From: Candidatus Latescibacterota bacterium
GTDB taxonomy: Bacteria; Latescibacterota; UBA2968; GCA-2709665
Direction of reading: 5' to 3'
DNA: 64,000 nt
NCBI GenBank assembly: GCA_965219455.1
Contig: OZ244744.1
Location: forward strand, 3,744,001 to 3,808,000
Shown: one piece after another, positions 28,807 through 36,980 of the stretch
Numbering within the stretch: the stretch's first letter is position 1
Layout of the letters: the number at the start of each line of letters is the position of its first letter
Made by a program: the position numbers and the translations under genes
Notes under the pieces: model-generated
What the model was told of the DNA's origin: nothing
The model's database searches: none
The model's input: the letters and a program-made list of their open reading frames with translations, nothing else

Positions 28807-30963
28807 ATGTCATCGATAATGTGCTTGTTAATTACATCCATTGCAGTCCTGGCCCCTGCAGTTCCGGTATCCGCCGGCGCAAATGCGTACGCCGAAAGGA
28901 TTCTGGAGCTCGATGCCGGCGTCACATTGGGTGGCGGGACGAGTGGCGAAGCCTCGACGAGCGTAGGTTCGCCGGAGGACACAACCATTGCCGCGGCCAA
29001 ACTTCCATTGGAAGGTAATATTTCGCATAACACCGCCCCGTCGCCCGACTTCGATGGTGACGGTACGGTCGGTTTCAGCGATTTTCTGGCGTTCGCGAGC
29101 GTGTTCGGCTCGCGCCAGGGCGATGGAAATTACGATGCCAGGTATGACCTCAACAGCGACGGAGGGATCGGGTTTCCGGACTTTCTGATCTTTGCGCAGA
29201 GCTTCGGCGGCGCCCCGCCGTCATCGGGCGGGGGGGATGGCGAAACAGTGGTTGACATTCGGGATGCGAACCTGCGTGCGGTCATTGCGGACAGTCTCGG
29301 CAAGGCGTTAGGTGTGTCGATCACCCAGGCAGAGATGGCGTCCTTAACTCGTCTCGATGCATCGAACAAGAACATCCATGATCTGACCGGGCTTGAGTAC
29401 GCAGTCAACCTGACAGAGTTGGACCTTGGTGTAACGGAAGAGGAATTGTGGGAGGTGGACATCAATGAGATATTCGAGGAGATATTCGAGATATTAGACA
29501 ATTACTCGCAACACGTAAACGATTTAATAGAACTATTGCTTAACGTTCTTAACTCTCTTTCCTTCGACTCTTCTGTCAACCGCATATCGGACGTGACGCC
29601 GCTATCCAACCTGACCAATCTGGAAGTCCTGAATCTATCCTACAACCGCATATCGGACGTGACGCCGCTATCCAACCTGACCAATCTGGAAGTCCTGAAT
29701 CTATCCTACAACCTCATATCGGACGTGACGCCGCTATCCAACCTGACCAATCTGGAAGTCCTGGTTCTATCCTACAACGGCATATCGGATGCGACGCCGC
29801 TATCTAATCTAACCAGGTTGAGAATCCTGGTTCTTTCCGACAACCTCATATCGGACGTGACGCCGCTATCCAACCTGACCCGTCTGGAATTTCTGGATCT
29901 TTCCGACAACCTCATATCGAATGCGACGCCGCTATCCAACCTGACCAACCTGACCAATCTGGCATGGCTGGAACTTTCCGAAAACAGCATATCGGACGTG
30001 ACGCCGCTATCCAACCTGACCATGTTAAGAGTTCTGGGTCTTTCCGAAAACAGCATATCGGACGTGACGCCGCTATCCAACCTGACCAATCTGGCATGGC
30101 TGAATCTATCCTACAACCCCATACCGGACGTGACGCCGCTATCCAACCTGACCAATCTGGAAGTCCTGGTTCTATCCTACAACGGCATATCGGATGCGAC
30201 GCCGCTATCCAACCTGACCAACCTGGCACAGCTGGGTCTTTCCGAAAACAGCATATCGGACGTGACGCCGCTATCTAATCTAACCAGGTTGAGAATCCTG
30301 GAGCTTTCCGAAAACAGCATATCGGATGCGACGCCGCTATCCAACCTGACCAACCTGGCACAGCTGGGTCTTTCCGAAAACAGCATATCGGACGTGACGC
30401 CGCTATCCAACCTGACCAATCTGGCATGGCTGGAGCTTTCCGAAAACAGCATATCAAATGTGACGCCGCTATCCAACCTGACCAACCTGGCATGGCTGGG
30501 TCTTTCCGAAAACAGCATATCGGACGTGACGCCGCTATCCAACCTGACCAATCTGGCATGGCTGGAGCTTTCCGAAAACAGCATATCGGATGCGACGTCG
30601 CTATCCAACCTGACCAATCTGGCATGGCTGGAGCTTTCCGAAAACAGCATATCAGACCTCGCGCCGCTGGTTGCAAATACGGGATTGGGTGAAGGGGATC
30701 GGGTTGACGTTGAAAACAACCCCCTGAGCGCCACGTCGATCAACGTGCATATCCCGGCCCTTGAGAGCAGAGGCGTATACGTCTCGTTTGGCGCGTCCAA
30801 GTTGGCGGTAAGCAAGAAGAAACGGGATCTGCACCGTGCGATTACGTGGAGATTCACGGGTACAGGGGCGGAAGCCGGGGGTTTCACGTATCCTGCAGGC
30901 ATTGAGGACAGGAAGGAGGTTTTCAGCCGAAAGCTGCGCCCGTTGACCGGAGTTGGGAAGTGA
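28807..30963 (+). CDS. Secreted internalin-like LRR protein with dockerin-like paired EF-hand
   Basis: GGAG RBS, signal peptide, DFDGDGTVGFSDFLAF...YDLNSDGGIGFPDFLIF (29047-29207), IRDANLRAVI LRR cap, 16 near-identical 22-aa LRRs. Confidence 0.9.
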   Translation: MSSIMCLLITSIAVLAPAVPVSAGANAYAERILELDAGVTLGGGTSGEASTSVGSPEDTTIAAAKLPLEGNISHNTAPSPDFDGDGTVGFSDFLAFASVFGSRQGDGNYDARYDLNSDGGIGFPDFLIFAQSFGGAPPSSGGGDGETVVDIRDANLRAVIADSLGKALGVSITQAEMASLTRLDASNKNIHDLTGLEYAVNLTELDLGVTEEELWEVDINEIFEEIFEILDNYSQHVNDLIELLLNVLNSLSFDSSVNRISDVTPLSNLTNLEVLNLSYNRISDVTPLSNLTNLEVLNLSYNLISDVTPLSNLTNLEVLVLSYNGISDATPLSNLTRLRILVLSDNLISDVTPLSNLTRLEFLDLSDNLISNATPLSNLTNLTNLAWLELSENSISDVTPLSNLTMLRVLGLSENSISDVTPLSNLTNLAWLNLSYNPIPDVTPLSNLTNLEVLVLSYNGISDATPLSNLTNLAQLGLSENSISDVTPLSNLTRLRILELSENSISDATPLSNLTNLAQLGLSENSISDVTPLSNLTNLAWLELSENSISNVTPLSNLTNLAWLGLSENSISDVTPLSNLTNLAWLELSENSISDATSLSNLTNLAWLELSENSISDLAPLVANTGLGEGDRVDVENNPLSATSINVHIPALESRGVYVSFGASKLAVSKKKRDLHRAITWRFTGTGAEAGGFTYPAGIEDRKEVFSRKLRPLTGVGK
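29578..30645 (+). repeat. 16 x 66-bp intragenic LRR tandem repeats
   Basis: Constant core ATATCGGA(C/T)G(T/C)GACGCCGCTATCCAACCTGACC; one 9-bp (LTN) duplication near 29940. Confidence 0.95.
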
Positions 30964-31221
30964 CGAAATCCCAGGCTACAAGAGTCGCTTCATGCTAACC
31001 ATAAATATGGACCACAACGAAAGATGTACGACAACGAAAGCGTGTAACCTGAAGAGTATCCTATGGAGGCAGACCGCATTGACCACGCAGGCAGTGAATC
31101 GGCCCGATAACCGGTTGCTCGCCGACATCCGGAGGGAAAATCGGAAGCAGAATCGGGTATCGCGCCTGCCGGCAGTATTCACCGCGTCACCATACACGTG
31201 ACGTCAAAGAAGGAGGTAGCT

Positions 31222-32031
31222 ATGTGGACTCGTTTGATTTCATCCGTTTGTGCGGCGTTTTTGTTGACAGGAACGGCATTGGCTGGCGACATGACCCGCG
31301 GATTGACCGTTACCGGCGGCCGGAACGCCTATGCAACGCTCAAGCTGGAGCGCGTAAATGACGCCGACGCCGAAGAAGGGATTCTGAAAATGCAGGTCTC
31401 CCTGGGGCAGACCGATGACCTGAAAGGATACGGGTTTTCGCTGCAATACGATCCGGTGAAGTACGAGTTCGTGAATGCCACGGAATTGGAAGGAAACCTG
31501 CTGAAATCCGGTTCCGGCCAGGAGACGCTGTTCCTTTCGTCGAACCGGACGCCGGGCCAGGTGGATATCGGCGCGGTGAAAATCGACGGCCATGGCGCCA
31601 ATGGCGGCGGCACGCTCGTTGAGCTTGTGTTCAGGACGAGCGGCACTCCGGTGTCGTCCGACTTTCAGGTATCGGAAAGCGTGCTGGTGGGCCTGGATGG
31701 CGCCGTCGACATGCTGAACCATGCTGAAATCGGCAATCTGAAGCCATTGCCGGATCGATTTAATCTGGATCAGAATATGCCGAACCCGTTCAACCCCTCC
31801 ACCGTGATCGGCTACAATCTACCGGAGGCGGGGCTGGTCAGGCTGGCGATATATAATCTGCTGGGCCAGGAAGTGCGCGTTCTGGTGAATGAACGGAGGG
31901 ATGCCGGATCGTTTTCGGCAACGTGGGACGGGGCGGACGCGTTGGGCAGGCGTGTCGCCAGCGGCATCTATCTGTATCGGATACAGGCGGGCAGTTTCTC
32001 GGCGACCAAAAGAATGCTGTTATTGAAGTAA
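31222..32031 (+). CDS. Secreted cohesin-like domain + FlgD-Ig (T9SS-CTD-like) adaptor protein
   Basis: AAGGAGGT RBS; signal peptide; LKGYGFSLQYDPVKYEFV...PGQVDIG...GGGTLVELVFR (cohesin pattern); LDQNMPNPFNPSTVIGY..IYNLLGQEVRVL...WDG...VASGIYLYRI...TKRMLLLK. Confidence 0.85.
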   Translation: MWTRLISSVCAAFLLTGTALAGDMTRGLTVTGGRNAYATLKLERVNDADAEEGILKMQVSLGQTDDLKGYGFSLQYDPVKYEFVNATELEGNLLKSGSGQETLFLSSNRTPGQVDIGAVKIDGHGANGGGTLVELVFRTSGTPVSSDFQVSESVLVGLDGAVDMLNHAEIGNLKPLPDRFNLDQNMPNPFNPSTVIGYNLPEAGLVRLAIYNLLGQEVRVLVNERRDAGSFSATWDGADALGRRVASGIYLYRIQAGSFSATKRMLLLK

Positions 32032-32224
32032 GCGCCAAACCGTCTTGATGACCCCGACCGAAGGGACGTCACGGCGTCTAGCCAGGTGTTCGTAACGCCC
32101 GTCCGCCGGGCGACGGGGCAGGTGGCGGCGGGTGTCTCGAAACGTCGCGAACGCAAGTGTCGAATTGTACGCTCGGACAACGTACCGGACCGAAATCGTC
32201 GTCGAATCAAAGGAGTGTACCCGG

Positions 32225-35200
32225 ATGCTTCCCAAACGGACTCTGTTGTTGATCACCGCGATCGTCGTCGTCGCCTTTGCAGGGCAGGCATTTGCCGGCG
32301 CCAATGCAAATGCCGTTTTGTCGCTTGACCTGATTCCCGGTGCGGGCGCCGGCAACCGGACGGATGATGGGATAACGTCGGGGACGGTTTCTGGCCGGGG
32401 CACAACCATCGCTGTTGAGGTTTTCGCGACAGGCGTGAGGACGTCTCTGGCCGGGATGATCATCAAATTTGACTTTGACCCTTCGTTACTGTCGTATGAA
32501 AAGGCCGAAAACAGCGCGTTCGCCCTCACGCTTCCGGAAGGTTCCGTTGGCACCCATCTGGCGGCGCAGAGTCCCGTGGCATTGGCGTCTTCGGGGTTTC
32601 TGGCGCGCGCGGAGTTTTCAACCGTTGCCGACGTTACGGGCCGGCAGTTTTCCATGGGCATCGAGTCGGTTACACTCGCCGAGAGTCCGACCTCGAGCGA
32701 CGTACTCAGAACAAACAGTGAGATCACGTTCAATTCCGCGCCCTCCCCCGATTTCGACGGTGATGATTTTGTTGGATTCTCTGACTTTCTTGTTTTCGCG
32801 AGCGCGTTCGGGTCGCGGCAAGGGGACGGGAGGTACAATGCCGCACAAGACCTGAATACCGATGGTTCCGTTGACTTTACCGACTTTCTGATTTTCGCGC
32901 AGAGCTTTGGAGGTCCGCCGCCGTCAACGGGCGGCGGTGGCGGCGGTGGCGGCGGCAACCCGGATCTCGTTGTTCAGTCGCCTTCGGTAAGCAGCACACG
33001 CGTGGCTGCGGGTGGTCCCTTTGCACTGAGCGCGACGGTACGCAACCTGGGCAGTGCCGCGTCCGCCGCCACAACGTTACGCTACTACCGCTCGACGGAC
33101 GCGACGATTACCACGAGTGACACTCAGGTTGGTACGGATGCGGTGCGAGGGCTTGCGGCTGCCGCCGGAAGCGCCATGTCGTTTAGTTTGATCGCTCCGA
33201 CGGATTCCGGCACCCACTACTACGGGGCTTGCGTCGACGCAGTGGCAGGGGAAGCCAATTCCGGAAACAACTGTTCGGCTTCCGTCGCCGTAACCGTAAC
33301 GACGCAGCCTCCGCCGCCGGCGGGAGCGTCGAAGCTCTACTGGACGGACTGGGGCACGGACAAGATTCAACGCGCCAACCTGGACGGCTCCGGGGTCGAA
33401 GACCTGGTCTCGGGCGGCGGGCTGGACGGGCCTGACGGATTGGCGCTGGATATGGCGGGCGGCAAGTTGTACTGGACGGACGCGGGCGCCAACAAGATCC
33501 AGCGAGCCGATCTCAATGGCTCAAACGTCGAAGACCTGGTCACCGGCCTGGGAATCCCGTACGGCCTGGCCCTGGACGTATCCGGCGGCAAGATGTACTG
33601 GACGAGCCGGCAGACGAACAAGATCCAGCGTGCCGATCTCGGCGGCGCCAATGTTGAAGACCTCGTCACCAGCGGCCTGATGTTCCCGGGCGGACTGGCG
33701 CTGGACGTATCGGCCGGCAAGATGTACTGGACGAACCCGGGCGTGAACAAGATTCAGCGGTCCAACCTGGATGGCTCGAGTGTCGAAGATCTCGTGACCA
33801 GCGGCGTCAGCAGTCCCACCGGCCTTGCGCTGGACGTGTCCGGCGGCAAGATGTACTGGACGGACCGGCGCTCGGACAAGATCCAGCGGTCCAACCTGAA
33901 CGGTTCCGGAGTCGAAGACCTGGTCACCAGCGGCCTGCACAGCCCGAACGGACTGGCTCTGGACGTATCTGCCGCCAAGATGTACTGGGCCGACGCGGGT
34001 ACGAACAAGGTGCAGCGCGCCAACCTGGACGGCTCAAACGTGGAAGACCTGGTTACGGGAGCCAACGGCCTGGTCGATCCGTCGGGGGTGGCGGTGGGGG
34101 CGTCGGCAACAGGTGGAGGCGGTTCCGGCAGCGGCGGAGGTGGAAACGGCGGCGGCGCCTCCGCGGACCTGACTGTAGAAACGCCCTCGGTTAACAACAA
34201 CAGACCTGCCGCCGGGTCGTCGTTTACGCTGAGTGCGACGGTCCGCAACACGGGCAATGGCTCGTCCGCGGCATCGACGTTACGATACTACCGCTCTTCG
34301 AACGCGACGATTTCCTGGCGTGACACGGAGGTCGGCACCGACGCCGTTGGCAGACTTGCGGCTTCCGGCGCCAGCGCCGAGTCGATTGACCTGACGGCGC
34401 CATCGGGTACCGGGACCTACTACTACGGGGCCTGTGTGGACGCGGTGTCGGGTGAATCCGATACCGGAAACAACTGCTCCGCTGCGGTTACAGTAACGGT
34501 TGGCGCGGCCCCTGCCGCTGACCTGGTCGTCGTATCCCCTTCGGTTGACAACAACAGTCCTGCCGCCGGGTCGTCGTTTACTTTGAGTGCGACGGTCCGC
34601 AACAGGGGCAATGGCTCGTCCGCGGCATCGACGTTACGATACTACCGCTCTTCGAACGCGACGATATCTGCGAGTGACACTGAAGTCGGAACGGACGCGG
34701 TGAGCGGACTTGCGGCTTCCGGCGCCAGCGCCGAGTCGATCGGGCTGACGGCGCCATCGGGTGCCGGGACCTACTACTACGGGGCCTGTGTGGACGCAGT
34801 GTCGGGTGAATCCGATACCGGAAACAACTGCTCCGCTGCGGTTACGGTAACCGTTGGCGCGGCCCCTGCCGCTGACCTGGTCGTCGTATCCCCTTCGGTT
34901 GACAACAACAGTCCTGCCGCCGGGGCGTCGTTTACTTTGAGTGCGACGGTCCGCAACCAGGGCAATGGCTCGTCCGCGGCATCGACGTTACGATACTACC
35001 GCTCTTCGAACGCGACGATATCTGCGGGTGACACTGAAGTCGGAACGGACGCGGTGAGCGGACTTGCGGCTTCCGGCACCAGCGCCGAGTCGATCGGGCT
35101 GACGGCGCCATCGGGTACCGGGACCTACTACTACGGCGCCTGTGTGGACGCGGTCTCGGGTGAATCCGATACCGGAAACAACTGCTCCGCTGCGGTTACG

Positions 35201-36967
35201 GTAACCGTTGGCGCGGCCCCTGCCGCTGACCTGGTCGTCGTATCCCCTTCGGTTGACAACAACAGTCCTGCCGCCGGGTCGTCGTTTACTTTGAGTGCGA
35301 CGGTCCGCAACGGCGGCAATGGCCCGTCCGCGGCATCGACGTTACGATACTACCGCTCTTCGAACACGACGATATCTGCGGGTGACACTGAAGTGGGAAC
35401 GGACGCCGTTGGCGGGCTTGTGGCTTCCGGCGTCAGCGCCGAGTCGATTGGATTGACGGCTCCATCGGGTGCCGGGACCTACTACTACGGCGCCTGTGTG
35501 GACGCAGTGTCGGGTGAATCCGATACCGGAAACAACTGCTCCGCTGCGGTTACAGTAACCGTTGGCGCGGCCCCTGCCGCTGACCTGGTCGTTGTATCCC
35601 CTTCGGTTGACAACAACAGTCCTGCCGCCGGGGCGTCGTTTACGCTGAGTGCGACGGTCCGCAACCAGGGCAATGGCTCGTCCGCGGCATCGACGTTGCG
35701 CTATTACCGCTCTTCGGACGCGACGATATCTGCGGGTGACACCGCAGTCGGAACGGACGCCGTTGGCGGACTTGCGGCTTCCGGCGCCAGCGCCGAGTCG
35801 ATTGACCTGACGGCTCCATCGAATCCCGGAACCTACTATTACGGGGCCTGTGTGGATGCGGTGTCGGGCGAGTCGGACACAAGAAACAACTGCTCCTCCG
35901 CTGTGAGCGTCACAGTCGCGTCCCAGCCGCCGCCGCCCACGGTAGCCTCAAAGCTTTACTGGACGGACTGGGGTACCGACAAGATCCAGCGCGGCGATCT
36001 GGATGGCTCGAACGTCGAAGACCTGGTGAGCAGCGCGGGACTCGATGGACCCGACGGGTTGGCCCTGGATATGGCGGGCGGCAAGATGTACTGGACGGAC
36101 GCGGGTACGGCAAAGATCCAGCGGTCGGATCTGGACGGCTCCAACGTTGAAGACCTGGTTACCAGCGGACTGAGCGTACCGTACGGACTGGCCCTTGACG
36201 TGTCAGGCGACAAGATGTACTGGACAGATCGGCAGAACGGAAAGATCCAGCGCGCCGATCTGGATGGTTCCAATGTTGAAGACCTCCTCACCCTGGCCGG
36301 CCTGGCATTTCCAGGTGAAATCGCGCTGGACGTGTCCGGAGGCAAGATGTACTGGACGAACCCGGGGTCGGACAAGATCCAGCGCGCGGATCTGGACGGC
36401 TCCAACATTGAAGACCTGGTTACCACAGGTCTGAGCAGCCCCACGGGTCTGGCTCTGGACGTGGCAAATGACAAGATGTATTGGACGGACCGCGGTACAC
36501 ACAAGATTCAGCGCGCCGGTCTCGACGGTTCCAGCGTCGAAGACCTGGTCACCAGCGGCCTTACAACCCCCAACGGGTTGGACCTGGACGTGTCCGGTGG
36601 CAAGATGTACTGGACGGACGTCGACGCAAACAAGGTCCAGCGCGCGGATCTCAATGGATCCAACGTCGAAGACCTCCTCACCAGCGCCGACGGACTGGTC
36701 GATCCTTCGGGTCTCGCTGTAGGCGCCGTCAGCAACAGCAGCGGGGGAACCTATGGCGTTGGTGACGCACTCCCGAATTTCCCAACCGGCTTCTTTGTTC
36801 CACGGCTTCTTCGGAATGCAAACCTTACAATAAGCGGCGGGCGCGCGGTACTCAGCTTTCAGAATGGCGGCCTGATCGAGCTTCAGGATGGAACCCGTTA
36901 TACCTGTGTCGCCGCCGCCGGATGCAGCATCGAGGGCGGACGCGTCACCAGGGGCGCCTTTGAATAG
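32225..36967 (+). CDS. Secreted modular protein: cohesin-like, dockerin-like, 6 CARDB, two YWTD (LDLR class B) beta-propellers
   Basis: AAGGAG RBS, signal peptide, IKFDFDPSLLSY domain, paired DFDGD/DLNTDG loops (32750-32911), DLVV..LSATVRN..YYGACVD repeats, two blocks of six YWTD-type repeats. Confidence 0.9.
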   Translation: MLPKRTLLLITAIVVVAFAGQAFAGANANAVLSLDLIPGAGAGNRTDDGITSGTVSGRGTTIAVEVFATGVRTSLAGMIIKFDFDPSLLSYEKAENSAFALTLPEGSVGTHLAAQSPVALASSGFLARAEFSTVADVTGRQFSMGIESVTLAESPTSSDVLRTNSEITFNSAPSPDFDGDDFVGFSDFLVFASAFGSRQGDGRYNAAQDLNTDGSVDFTDFLIFAQSFGGPPPSTGGGGGGGGGNPDLVVQSPSVSSTRVAAGGPFALSATVRNLGSAASAATTLRYYRSTDATITTSDTQVGTDAVRGLAAAAGSAMSFSLIAPTDSGTHYYGACVDAVAGEANSGNNCSASVAVTVTTQPPPPAGASKLYWTDWGTDKIQRANLDGSGVEDLVSGGGLDGPDGLALDMAGGKLYWTDAGANKIQRADLNGSNVEDLVTGLGIPYGLALDVSGGKMYWTSRQTNKIQRADLGGANVEDLVTSGLMFPGGLALDVSAGKMYWTNPGVNKIQRSNLDGSSVEDLVTSGVSSPTGLALDVSGGKMYWTDRRSDKIQRSNLNGSGVEDLVTSGLHSPNGLALDVSAAKMYWADAGTNKVQRANLDGSNVEDLVTGANGLVDPSGVAVGASATGGGGSGSGGGGNGGGASADLTVETPSVNNNRPAAGSSFTLSATVRNTGNGSSAASTLRYYRSSNATISWRDTEVGTDAVGRLAASGASAESIDLTAPSGTGTYYYGACVDAVSGESDTGNNCSAAVTVTVGAAPAADLVVVSPSVDNNSPAAGSSFTLSATVRNRGNGSSAASTLRYYRSSNATISASDTEVGTDAVSGLAASGASAESIGLTAPSGAGTYYYGACVDAVSGESDTGNNCSAAVTVTVGAAPAADLVVVSPSVDNNSPAAGASFTLSATVRNQGNGSSAASTLRYYRSSNATISAGDTEVGTDAVSGLAASGTSAESIGLTAPSGTGTYYYGACVDAVSGESDTGNNCSAAVTVTVGAAPAADLVVVSPSVDNNSPAAGSSFTLSATVRNGGNGPSAASTLRYYRSSNTTISAGDTEVGTDAVGGLVASGVSAESIGLTAPSGAGTYYYGACVDAVSGESDTGNNCSAAVTVTVGAAPAADLVVVSPSVDNNSPAAGASFTLSATVRNQGNGSSAASTLRYYRSSDATISAGDTAVGTDAVGGLAASGASAESIDLTAPSNPGTYYYGACVDAVSGESDTRNNCSSAVSVTVASQPPPPTVASKLYWTDWGTDKIQRGDLDGSNVEDLVSSAGLDGPDGLALDMAGGKMYWTDAGTAKIQRSDLDGSNVEDLVTSGLSVPYGLALDVSGDKMYWTDRQNGKIQRADLDGSNVEDLLTLAGLAFPGEIALDVSGGKMYWTNPGSDKIQRADLDGSNIEDLVTTGLSSPTGLALDVANDKMYWTDRGTHKIQRAGLDGSSVEDLVTSGLTTPNGLDLDVSGGKMYWTDVDANKVQRADLNGSNVEDLLTSADGLVDPSGLAVGAVSNSSGGTYGVGDALPNFPTGFFVPRLLRNANLTISGGRAVLSFQNGGLIELQDGTRYTCVAAAGCSIEGGRVTRGAFE
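34165..35915 (+). repeat. 5 x 354-bp CARDB tandem repeats
   Basis: Near-identical 118-aa units; the 354-bp period is also shown by antisense ORFs at 34423, 34777, 35131 and 35485. Confidence 0.95.
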
Positions 36968-36980
36968 GGGTAGCTGACTT

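Noticed and set aside
29578-30645. 66-bp periodic repeat resembling a CRISPR array
   Set aside because: It is in-frame LRR coding sequence, the variable parts recur rather than being unique spacers, and there are no cas genes.
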